Source: an uncultured virus (IMG/VR IMGVR_UViG_3300012347_000031) (Duplodnaviria; Heunggongvirae; Uroviricota; Caudoviricetes). From it: a stretch of 64,000 bases of DNA. Location: the IMG/VR virus record IMGVR_UViG_3300012347_000031; one strand, written 5' to 3'. The notes beneath the pieces were generated by a model that was given only the letters and a program-made list of their open reading frames with translations, was not told the DNA's origin and made no database searches. Positions 57,094 through 64,000 of this stretch are shown here, one piece after another (positions within the stretch are counted from its first letter, which is position 1; every line of letters begins with the position of its first letter). Made by a program: the position numbers and the translations under genes.

Positions 57094-57840
57094 TTATAGA
57101 TCGTCTATCCAAGACTCCGTAATATTACCAGTGGCAGGATCGCCAGTCGCAGTGTATGTAGCTGCAGGTGAACTGAAGTCTTTGTTCGTTGACATATTGA
57201 CTCCAGCGATATTTGTAATAACGTTTTGTGTGGTAACTGGACCAAACAAGTTAACCTTCATCTGAAAGTTGATAGTGTGCATAACGAATCTACGAGTTTG
57301 AAAGTCGCCGTCATATTCGTCAGATACAATAACAGAGTTGAGAACAACAGGCACGTCCATCTTGATGTTCATGTCATCGATGGCGTTAATTGTCAGTGTG
57401 TATTCTGGAGTGAAGTATGGAAGGATTTGTTCCATAACTTGAAGAGCGTCTTCTTGTGTCTTAGTGATAATGTACAAAGACAAGTCGATGTTGTATGGCA
57501 CAGGTGTGCGGATATAGTCAGCAGTATCCTCGCCCTTACCACATTTGATTTGTTGCATGCGGTTAACCTTACGAACCGAATCGTAAGTGTACGCAATAAT
57601 TTCAAATGACATTCTTGGTAGAGATGTCAGTGTGTGGTTCTCCAATGTAGGGTCTTGGTCGATACGAACCAACCACTTCTCTTTTGGAGCATATGCAAGA
57701 GGGACGCGAAGACGCTGAACTGTGTTACCGTTAACAGAGTCCCCTTGTTTTCTATCGATGTAGATATCGCTGAATAGGCTACCGAATGCTACGATAGCCT
57801 TTCTAATGACACCATGGTAATATACGTTACCGTCTAGCAT
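57094..57840 (-). CDS. gp15: Tail sheath stabiliser / head-tail connector (gp15)
   Basis: AFGSLFSDI, VPLAYAPKEKW, LPRMSFE and EQILPYFTP. Confidence 0.93.
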   Translation of the reverse strand: MLDGNVYYHGVIRKAIVAFGSLFSDIYIDRKQGDSVNGNTVQRLRVPLAYAPKEKWLVRIDQDPTLENHTLTSLPRMSFEIIAYTYDSVRKVNRMQQIKCGKGEDTADYIRTPVPYNIDLSLYIITKTQEDALQVMEQILPYFTPEYTLTINAIDDMNIKMDVPVVLNSVIVSDEYDGDFQTRRFVMHTINFQMKVNLFGPVTTQNVITNIAGVNMSTNKDFSSPAATYTATGDPATGNITESWIDDL

Positions 57841-57848
57841 TATTATCC

Positions 57849-58580
57849 TTAATCAAACCAGTTGTGTGGTAAGTTCCAGTGACCGTCAGTGAATATTAGA
57901 GTTAGAACTGCAGAGCTGCCACCAGCTGGGTTCTGGAATGGTAGCCACCATGTTACATCAGTACCTTCATTAATCACACCATTGCCGTTAGACCATCTTG
58001 CGTGATCGAAAGCCATAGTTGTGAATTGATTATTCATTTCGCCACCAGTTGCAGGGACGATATACATAATCTGCCCCTCTGTGCCATCGGCTAAAGTATA
58101 TTGACTGCCGCCACCGCTTGTCACAGGAGTGAGTTTATTGATTGTTTTGGTTAAATCCAATGCTGGTGTAACAGCAGCTTGAACTGCATCAACTTGGAAA
58201 TACATATCGTCAACACCGTTAGTGCCACCGAAAGCTGATCCTAAGACTGGACCAAACGTTTCGCCAACATAGTGACCAGTGCCACCATCATTAATAGTAA
58301 CAGTGGCAACTCCGTTAGTGACGGCTACTGCAAAATTGATACCGTTCGCGAACACGCCAGTGCCATTGGTCCAATTGGTATTAGGACTATTTGTTACTGA
58401 TACTGCAGTTGCAGAGCCATCGCTATTTACAGCAGTCTTTGTTATGGTAGTAGGAGCATTACCACCACTTTGTGCATATAACTCATCAAAGTTTTCGTTG
58501 ATCTTTTCAAACGCTGTGCGTAGTGGATCACCAGACTTGTTGTCTGCCATTGTACCAAGGTTGACTGTTTGCTTAGCCAT
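57849..58580 (-). CDS. Putative fibre or decoration protein with gp9/gp10-like N-terminal motif
   Basis: KQTVNLGT..D..GDPLR.AF.KINENF.ELY followed by a Gly/Thr-rich beta region. Confidence 0.6.
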   Translation of the reverse strand: MAKQTVNLGTMADNKSGDPLRTAFEKINENFDELYAQSGGNAPTTITKTAVNSDGSATAVSVTNSPNTNWTNGTGVFANGINFAVAVTNGVATVTINDGGTGHYVGETFGPVLGSAFGGTNGVDDMYFQVDAVQAAVTPALDLTKTINKLTPVTSGGGSQYTLADGTEGQIMYIVPATGGEMNNQFTTMAFDHARWSNGNGVINEGTDVTWWLPFQNPAGGSSAVLTLIFTDGHWNLPHNWFD

Positions 58581-59326
58581 TATAGTGTCCTGTCGGTTTT
58601 AATTGTTGTTTGGTCAGCAGTTAATGTAGAAGTGTCAGATCTTCTAGAGTAGTTCGGTATGGAGTTTCCAACAACAGGTTCGCCGAATGGATTGTTCTCG
58701 TTGAACAGAATGTCAACTGCTTGCTCTTTGAACTTAATGTTATCACCATAACTGTCGACATCATCAACCTCTGGGTTGATAGTGACATCCAGAGATTTAA
58801 GATTTTCAAACACATCAATTTCTGGGATTCCAGTATCAATCTTCTCAGAAGCATACTGGAACAATTCAACTTGTAGTTTGTAAACGTACAACTTACCTAG
58901 TTGATAGAATGGTTCTTGGTGTTGCACGAACTTAACTTCGAACAAACCTTTTGTGAGTGGGTAGTAAATCAAGTCGCCTTCGCATGGGCGAGTTGGAATG
59001 ATTGTAGTACCATGGGATCCGATTAGTTGTTGCCAACGCTTACGAGAAACAGTCAATGTGGCAGACTGCTCCATCATCAAACCGAACTTCTGAATCATCG
59101 CACCTTGACCAGCAAAGCTGTCGATGTTATCGAAGTACATTTCGATAGGATAAGAGTGTTGGAATTTGGACAGTCGGTCTTCGCCGAAGATATCATCTCG
59201 GGAGACCAATGTTCTTGGGATGTACATCACATCCTTACCATACATCTTTAGAGATTCAATGATAAGGTCTTCGACGATGTTTTGTTCGCCAGCTGTACCC
59301 TGTGTGAAGTATGGGTTAGTTGCCAT
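58580..59326 (-). CDS. gp14: Neck protein (gp14)
   Basis: ESLKMYG.DV.YIPR, EGDLIY.P, PFYQLGK and ENNPFG. Confidence 0.93.
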   Translation of the reverse strand: MATNPYFTQGTAGEQNIVEDLIIESLKMYGKDVMYIPRTLVSRDDIFGEDRLSKFQHSYPIEMYFDNIDSFAGQGAMIQKFGLMMEQSATLTVSRKRWQQLIGSHGTTIIPTRPCEGDLIYYPLTKGLFEVKFVQHQEPFYQLGKLYVYKLQVELFQYASEKIDTGIPEIDVFENLKSLDVTINPEVDDVDSYGDNIKFKEQAVDILFNENNPFGEPVVGNSIPNYSRRSDTSTLTADQTTIKTDRTL

Positions 59327-59327
59327 A

Positions 59328-60290
59328 TTACCCCAAGAAGAAGTCTAGTGGTGCAGATTTGTTTTGTAGTTCGTCTTCTAGGTCTTTGATTTCAGCAGTA
59401 GCTTCATCATACAACTTATCACCATCAAGTGTTACACCACCTGGAAGTTGGATGCCAGAGAACTTCTTAATGTTAACTGCCCATTGACGCTTGAACAGAG
59501 CAGTGACATAGTGCTTCAACCATGGTTCATTCCAAACCTTAGTGAACTGTACTGGGTCTAGTGCGCGATATCCTTGTACCAAAATGTGGTCGCCGATAAC
59601 AACGTCAGTCTGCCAGTTGATGTCAAGGTACAATCTGTTTTGTAAACGATTGAATCTGAATAGAGTGTGACCATTCAACTCCAAGTCCAGCAACGCCAAG
59701 TGGCTCATAACTGTCTTGTAGTAAACGATAGATGTAGATGTTAGATCATACAAGTCGTTTAGACGCAATTGGTATTGCAAGTCGAAGATGTTCTTAGAAG
59801 ATGATGCCTGTCCGTGAGTCTTAATGGCAGTTACACCATAGACCCAGTCTGGTACAGTTAGGTATTTGTTATCGTACTCACCCAACACAACAGGGTTTAC
59901 TGTTGTTAGGTTTGCTGTGTGTCCAGCAGTGCCAACGATAAGTTCGTCAGCAACGAATGTTCCAACTACGTTCTTAACCAGAAGAGTTGTACCTGAAGAG
60001 TTGCGAGTTGTTTCAGCGCAAACTTGAGCACGAGCGCCAGAGACAGCACCAACTACAATCTCGTTGATGGAGAATGTATCCGCTACAGAAGTGGTTAGGT
60101 TCAATACTGAAGCGCTAATCTTAGCCTTCATGTACATTAGCTCTGCACCTTCGTAGTGATACAGACGCCAGTATTCCAGTGCTTCGTCCAGACGATCTTC
60201 TAGTTGAGTATCGTCCACGTTAATCTCGAGCACAGGCGCACCTAACGCTCTTAGCGCATATTGTTTTAATTGTTCTCTTGATGCGACCAT
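59328..60290 (-). CDS. gp13: Neck protein (gp13)
   Basis: LRALGAPVLEINV and KRQWA.N.KKF.G.QLPGGVTLDG. Confidence 0.94.
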   Translation of the reverse strand: MVASREQLKQYALRALGAPVLEINVDDTQLEDRLDEALEYWRLYHYEGAELMYMKAKISASVLNLTTSVADTFSINEIVVGAVSGARAQVCAETTRNSSGTTLLVKNVVGTFVADELIVGTAGHTANLTTVNPVVLGEYDNKYLTVPDWVYGVTAIKTHGQASSSKNIFDLQYQLRLNDLYDLTSTSIVYYKTVMSHLALLDLELNGHTLFRFNRLQNRLYLDINWQTDVVIGDHILVQGYRALDPVQFTKVWNEPWLKHYVTALFKRQWAVNIKKFSGIQLPGGVTLDGDKLYDEATAEIKDLEDELQNKSAPLDFFLG

Positions 60291-60328
60291 GTTATTCTCT
60301 TAGTTATTGTATTATTTATTACAAAGAG

Positions 60329-60682
60329 TTATTGTGCTGGTTTTGGATACTTGTCTTTGATCGCTTGAATCTGAGATTTCCACTCATCAACCCCACCGTG
60401 GAAAATCATGTCTAGTTGGTCAACTAGAGAAGGATACTCGCTGGCGCGTTGATAGATGTAAGCTGCATCGGCATGCGCTTTCTGAACAACTGGAATCTCA
60501 GCTGAAACTTCTGCCCATGTTGGTTGTGTACCAGAACTGAACACCACGCTTGAATCATACTCAGACTCAGTTGTTGGCACAGTGTAACCGATAGTGTAGT
60601 AAGACCAAGAATCGCCGTCAGCAGCCTTAGCCTGTAGAGATTGAAGTACGTCAATTAGCTCTAGTGTTTTCTGTTCAATCAT
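60329..60682 (-). CDS. Tail-fibre adaptor or chaperone-like small protein
   Basis: QRASEYPSLVDQLDMIFH...IKDKYPK. Paralogue of 62457-62765. Confidence 0.55.
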   Translation of the reverse strand: MIEQKTLELIDVLQSLQAKAADGDSWSYYTIGYTVPTTESEYDSSVVFSSGTQPTWAEVSAEIPVVQKAHADAAYIYQRASEYPSLVDQLDMIFHGGVDEWKSQIQAIKDKYPKPAQ

Positions 60683-60692
60683 AATTTCCTCG

Positions 60693-61277
60693 TTATGCTT
60701 TAATTTCTGTTGCAGTAATAGAACAAGTGTGAGTTGGGTTGTAAGAGTTACCCGTGTTAATTGTTCTGTTCCAGTATAGGGTTCTACTGTTTGGTGCGTA
60801 TCCGCAAGCCCAGTAAATAGCGTATACTGTTGGTAGAGTAGATGTCACTGTATCGTAAATCAAGATGTGGTCATCTAGAGCAGAGCCGTTAGTGTCACCC
60901 CAGTTATACATATAATGTCCTGTGGCAACACCGATAGTGGCTTGTGCGCCTAGACCAGCGTCAGTGGCATATGTTCCGCATGATGCGAATGCTCCACCGT
61001 TAACTGACTTGAATACTCTGAAGTTAGCAGCAACGTCATACGTAGTAAAGTTACCACCACCCCAAAACAAGTGGGCTTGAATGACCATCGTGTTGCCAAC
61101 TGCCTTTGGTGTGATGGAACAACTTAAACCACCTGGAACTGCCTCGAATGTATTCCAAGCAGTGAACACTTTAGTGCCGTTGGTGATGTTCTGTCCGTAT
61201 GCCTGTTGGATTGGCTGCTTACTTTCGTAGCTTGCGTATGGGATTCCATTCCCGTCGTTAGTGATAGATAAAGCCAT
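60693..61277 (-). CDS. Putative fibre or virion protein, paralogue family A
   Basis: Shared ITP...AHLFWGG...DVAANFR...WACGY...RTLYWNR..N.GNSYNP.HTC. Confidence 0.55.
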   Translation of the reverse strand: MALSITNDGNGIPYASYESKQPIQQAYGQNITNGTKVFTAWNTFEAVPGGLSCSITPKAVGNTMVIQAHLFWGGGNFTTYDVAANFRVFKSVNGGAFASCGTYATDAGLGAQATIGVATGHYMYNWGDTNGSALDDHILIYDTVTSTLPTVYAIYWACGYAPNSRTLYWNRTINTGNSYNPTHTCSITATEIKA

Positions 61278-61279
61278 GT

Positions 61280-61861
61280 TTAACCTTTGATCTCAGTAGC
61301 AACGATAGTGCAAGTATGGATTGGGTTGTACGAGTTACCATAGTTGCTGGCTCTGTTCCACAACAACGTTCTAGAACCTGCTTCATAACCACATGCCCAG
61401 AAAACTGCATACTCGTGACGTTCTGTTGATGTCACAGTATCTTGTAACATCATATCATCTGTCTTTGCTGTGCCGTTAGAACCAGAGCCTCTGCGGTAGA
61501 TGTACTCACCTGTACCAACACCAAAGTTGGCTGAAGAGTTTGGAATTGGGTTTGAACTATAAACACCAGCAGAAATCCACGTACCACCCTTAATACGTTT
61601 GAAGAATCTAAAGTTGGCAGCAACGTCAGTACCGTTCCATCCACCCCAGAACAAGTGGGCTTCTAATGTGATTTTGTTGCCAACTTGTTGTGGCGTCAAT
61701 TCGCAAACCAATTTTCCAGGGACGTGACCGAACGCGCTTCTGTTTGAGAACACTTGTCCAGCATTAACTGTGTTGAAACCCCAAGCAGTCTGTAGAATAG
61801 ATCCGCTTGCGTATGCGTTTGATGGTAGTCCTCTATCTTTTGCTGTGATTGTTATCATCAC
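61280..61861 (-). CDS. Putative fibre or virion protein, paralogue family A
   Basis: Same motifs as 60693-61277. Confidence 0.55.
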   Translation of the reverse strand: MMITITAKDRGLPSNAYASGSILQTAWGFNTVNAGQVFSNRSAFGHVPGKLVCELTPQQVGNKITLEAHLFWGGWNGTDVAANFRFFKRIKGGTWISAGVYSSNPIPNSSANFGVGTGEYIYRRGSGSNGTAKTDDMMLQDTVTSTERHEYAVFWACGYEAGSRTLLWNRASNYGNSYNPIHTCTIVATEIKG

Positions 61862-62457
61862 TTATCCTTCATCAGAACTTCGCTGACAGTCATTGTGCAA
61901 GTGTGGATTGGATTGTAGGCATTACCTGTGTTGATTCCTCGATTCCAGTACAATGTTCTAGAACCTGCTTCATATCCACATGCCCATTGTAGAGCGAAAT
62001 ACTTTGTATTGACAGTGCCATCGTTTGCGCTACCGATAGCCAAAATTTGATCGTACACAGTGCTGGCATTACCATCACCGAATGCATAGTAATATGTTCC
62101 AGTGTGTACGCCATGGGGTAATGATTTGTTTTCTGGAATCTGTCCACCGTACCATAGTGGTCCAAGCGCGTTTGGATAGACGCCAGCAGTAGTACCCCAG
62201 TAAACTCTAAAGTTTGGAGCAACGTCTGTGCTGCCGTTGTATCCACCCCAGTAGAGATGAACACGAGCAATGAAGACTGAGTTCTTGAACTTTGGTGTGA
62301 TTGCTACACGCAACTGACCTGGAACTTCTTCGTAAACGCTACGGCTACCGAATACCTTAGAACCAGTGGTTGTGTTTTGTCCAACCACTGTTTGGATGAC
62401 AGCGTTGTTTCGTTGGGCACCAAGCCAACCTTCTGATCCTTTAAACGTAACAGACAT
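61858..62457 (-). CDS. Putative fibre or virion protein, paralogue family A
   Basis: Same motifs as 60693-61277. Confidence 0.55.
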   Translation of the reverse strand: MSVTFKGSEGWLGAQRNNAVIQTVVGQNTTTGSKVFGSRSVYEEVPGQLRVAITPKFKNSVFIARVHLYWGGYNGSTDVAPNFRVYWGTTAGVYPNALGPLWYGGQIPENKSLPHGVHTGTYYYAFGDGNASTVYDQILAIGSANDGTVNTKYFALQWACGYEAGSRTLYWNRGINTGNAYNPIHTCTMTVSEVLMKDK

Positions 62458-62765
62458 TATAGTCCTTCTGGTTTAGGGTACTTTAGTTTAACTGCGTTAC
62501 ACTTATCGATGTATGCTTGAATCGCTTCTTGATCACCTTTGACAACAGCGTCTAGGTATTCAGCGACTGGAGGATACTCGTGCATACGCTTGAATCTATA
62601 TTGTTGCAGTTCTCGTAGTTCAGTTAGTCTATTGGCTTCTGCTAGAATTTCTGCATCTGTTGGGCGATCTTCTATCGCACTAAACCAACGGATCCCGTCA
62701 ATAGATTCGTTATTGACTGAGAATGACGCATTTGGTCTTAAACTTTTAATTGCTTCGGTAATCAT
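62457..62765 (-). CDS. Tail-fibre adaptor or chaperone-like small protein
   Basis: AIKSLRPNA, PTDAEI and KRMHEYPP..EYLDA...KLKYPK. Start MITEA in an ATGA overlap. Confidence 0.55.
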   Translation of the reverse strand: MITEAIKSLRPNASFSVNNESIDGIRWFSAIEDRPTDAEILAEANRLTELRELQQYRFKRMHEYPPVAEYLDAVVKGDQEAIQAYIDKCNAVKLKYPKPEGL

Positions 62766-63289
62766 CCCGCGATCTCCATTAATGTGATTGTTGACACAGG
62801 GCATCCCATGTAGTCAATTGAGTTTTGGTCATTGTGTGTTTTGTTAATCCAGATAGTGCTTGAGCTATATCCGTTTAGGTGCACTTGATATGTTAGAGCC
62901 GATGTCGACGCTGGAGAGTCCATGTAACAGTACTGCATAACAAACCAGTCGTAGTAGTCATAAGCACCATCGTACTTTAAGTGGGCGAACCCACAAGCAG
63001 GTCTAACACCTCTTGGAGTCCCCATACCAATATCAGTACCATTACGGGTAACCTTACCCTGCAATTCCCAATAAGATGTTCCCGCATGCAACTTAACCAT
63101 AACAAGAATCTTACTATTCACAGATTTTGGTGTGATAGTTGCAGCTAGACCAGTGATACTATACCATGTGGTGCCACTACCACCACCACTCCAAATATCT
63201 CGCTTTGGTGTGCTCTTAACTTGAATGATGGTATTCTGCACTGTACCTGCAGTGTTTTGCCAGTTATCAAAATTTAATTCTGAAGACAT
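62762..63289 (-). CDS. Putative fibre or virion protein, paralogue family B
   Basis: FD.W, IQV, ITPKS.NSKILV, SYWEL.GK, DSP..TS..TY and GCPVSTITLMEI. Confidence 0.55.
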   Translation of the reverse strand: MSSELNFDNWQNTAGTVQNTIIQVKSTPKRDIWSGGGSGTTWYSITGLAATITPKSVNSKILVMVKLHAGTSYWELQGKVTRNGTDIGMGTPRGVRPACGFAHLKYDGAYDYYDWFVMQYCYMDSPASTSALTYQVHLNGYSSSTIWINKTHNDQNSIDYMGCPVSTITLMEIAG

Positions 63290-63828
63290 TATCCAGAAAT
63301 CTCCATCAAGGTGATTGTAGAAATAGGACATCCATGATAATCAGCAGAGTTGTTATCGTCCTTTGTTCTATTTATGTAGACTGTGTTAGTGCTATACGGT
63401 TGCAGGAATAGCTTATATGTCACAGCGGATGTAGTCTTAGGCGTGTCCAAAAATGTATATGAACATGGATACCAGAAACTATAATAGCTATTCATGTAGT
63501 GTGAGTGGGTGAAACCAGCAGTTTGGTTGGCGTTTGTTTGAGATCCTCGGTTACCTGTACCAACGTCTACCCAAGATCCCGTTCCAATTTGTCTCTGAAA
63601 TTTACCAGCCAATTCCCAATAAGAAGAAGCTGCCATCAAAGTCATCTGAATAAGAATTCTACTGTTAGCGTCTTTAGGTGTTAGAGTGGCAGAGAATGCT
63701 GTGTCGATCCACGCATCAGAACTGCTGCCAGCAAACGTATCAGTCTTAACTGTCTGAACTACTTGCATAACAGTCTGTCTAGGAGTGCCGTCTCCGTTTA
63801 ACCATTTGTCGAATTTTGCGGTTGACAT
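63289..63828 (-). CDS. Putative fibre or virion protein, paralogue family B
   Basis: Same motifs, ending GCPISTITLMEISG. Confidence 0.55.
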   Translation of the reverse strand: MSTAKFDKWLNGDGTPRQTVMQVVQTVKTDTFAGSSSDAWIDTAFSATLTPKDANSRILIQMTLMAASSYWELAGKFQRQIGTGSWVDVGTGNRGSQTNANQTAGFTHSHYMNSYYSFWYPCSYTFLDTPKTTSAVTYKLFLQPYSTNTVYINRTKDDNNSADYHGCPISTITLMEISG

Positions 63829-64000
63829 TACGCAGTCACTTCCATAAGTGTTAATGTAGAGATAGGTTCAGCATAGTATGAACTATCGTTGTTGTTATAG
63901 TAAGGTCTGTTGATCGATAAAGATTGACTGGCATGGTGATTCAATTCAACATAGTATGTTAAAGTTGTACCGAATGGAACTGGTCCACCAGTAACTGTTG
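63828..64000 (-). CDS. C-terminus of a third family-B paralogue (partial)
   Basis: Hand translation ...TLTYYVELNHHASQSLSINRPYYNNNDSSYYAEPISTLTLMEVTA*. Confidence 0.6.
   Translation of the reverse strand, partial: TVTGGPVPFGTTLTYYVELNHHASQSLSINRPYYNNNDSSYYAEPISTLTLMEVTA

Noticed and set aside
60693..63828. Diversity-generating retroelement acting on the paralogue array
   Set aside because: There is no reverse transcriptase in the window and no non-coding template repeat. Differences between copies look like ordinary synonymous divergence rather than adenine-specific changes.
1..64000. CRISPR arrays, tRNA or rRNA genes, integrase or transposase
   Set aside because: No regularly spaced repeats, cloverleaf sequences or recombinase motifs were seen. 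Intergenic gaps are short and explained by promoters and terminators.
1..64000. Stop-codon reassignment
   Set aside because: Core genes translate to full length under the standard code and end in TAA or TGA, with no fragmentation.

Overview
This window is a 64 kb segment of a T4-like myovirus genome. Almost every gene is on the minus strand; the exception is a free-standing GIY-YIG endonuclease. It holds the T4 core: replication (gp61, gp41, uvsX, gp43, ligase, regA, gp62/44/45, gp46/47, gp55, uvsW, uvsY), nucleotide metabolism (nrdA fragment, thyX), and head, neck and tail genes (gp23, 22, 21, 20, 19, 18, 17, 15, 14, 13, gp3). Spanin genes and sigma70-type promoters imply a Gram-negative host. 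The most notable accessory locus is at about 10.2-17.85 kb. It is a tightly coupled putative DNA-hypermodification operon (TET/JBP-type 2OG-Fe(II) dioxygenase, class II glutamine amidotransferase, GNAT, aGPT-PPlase/amino-acid:DNA-transferase-like protein, unknown ORF, P-loop kinase). Directly after it come a HEXXH protein, two restriction-endonuclease-like ORFs and a block of probable capsid-packaged proteins. Other observations: an embedded Rz1-like lipoprotein, a rubredoxin missed by the ORF track next to rubrerythrin, a structured ROSE-like hsp20 leader, a SutA-like small protein, repeated promoter cassettes, a perfect promoter hidden in the ligase gene, no small terminase at its usual position, and tandem paralogue arrays of putative fibre proteins. 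Four N-gaps interrupt genes. All product calls come from motif recognition and gene order by eye; no searches were run.
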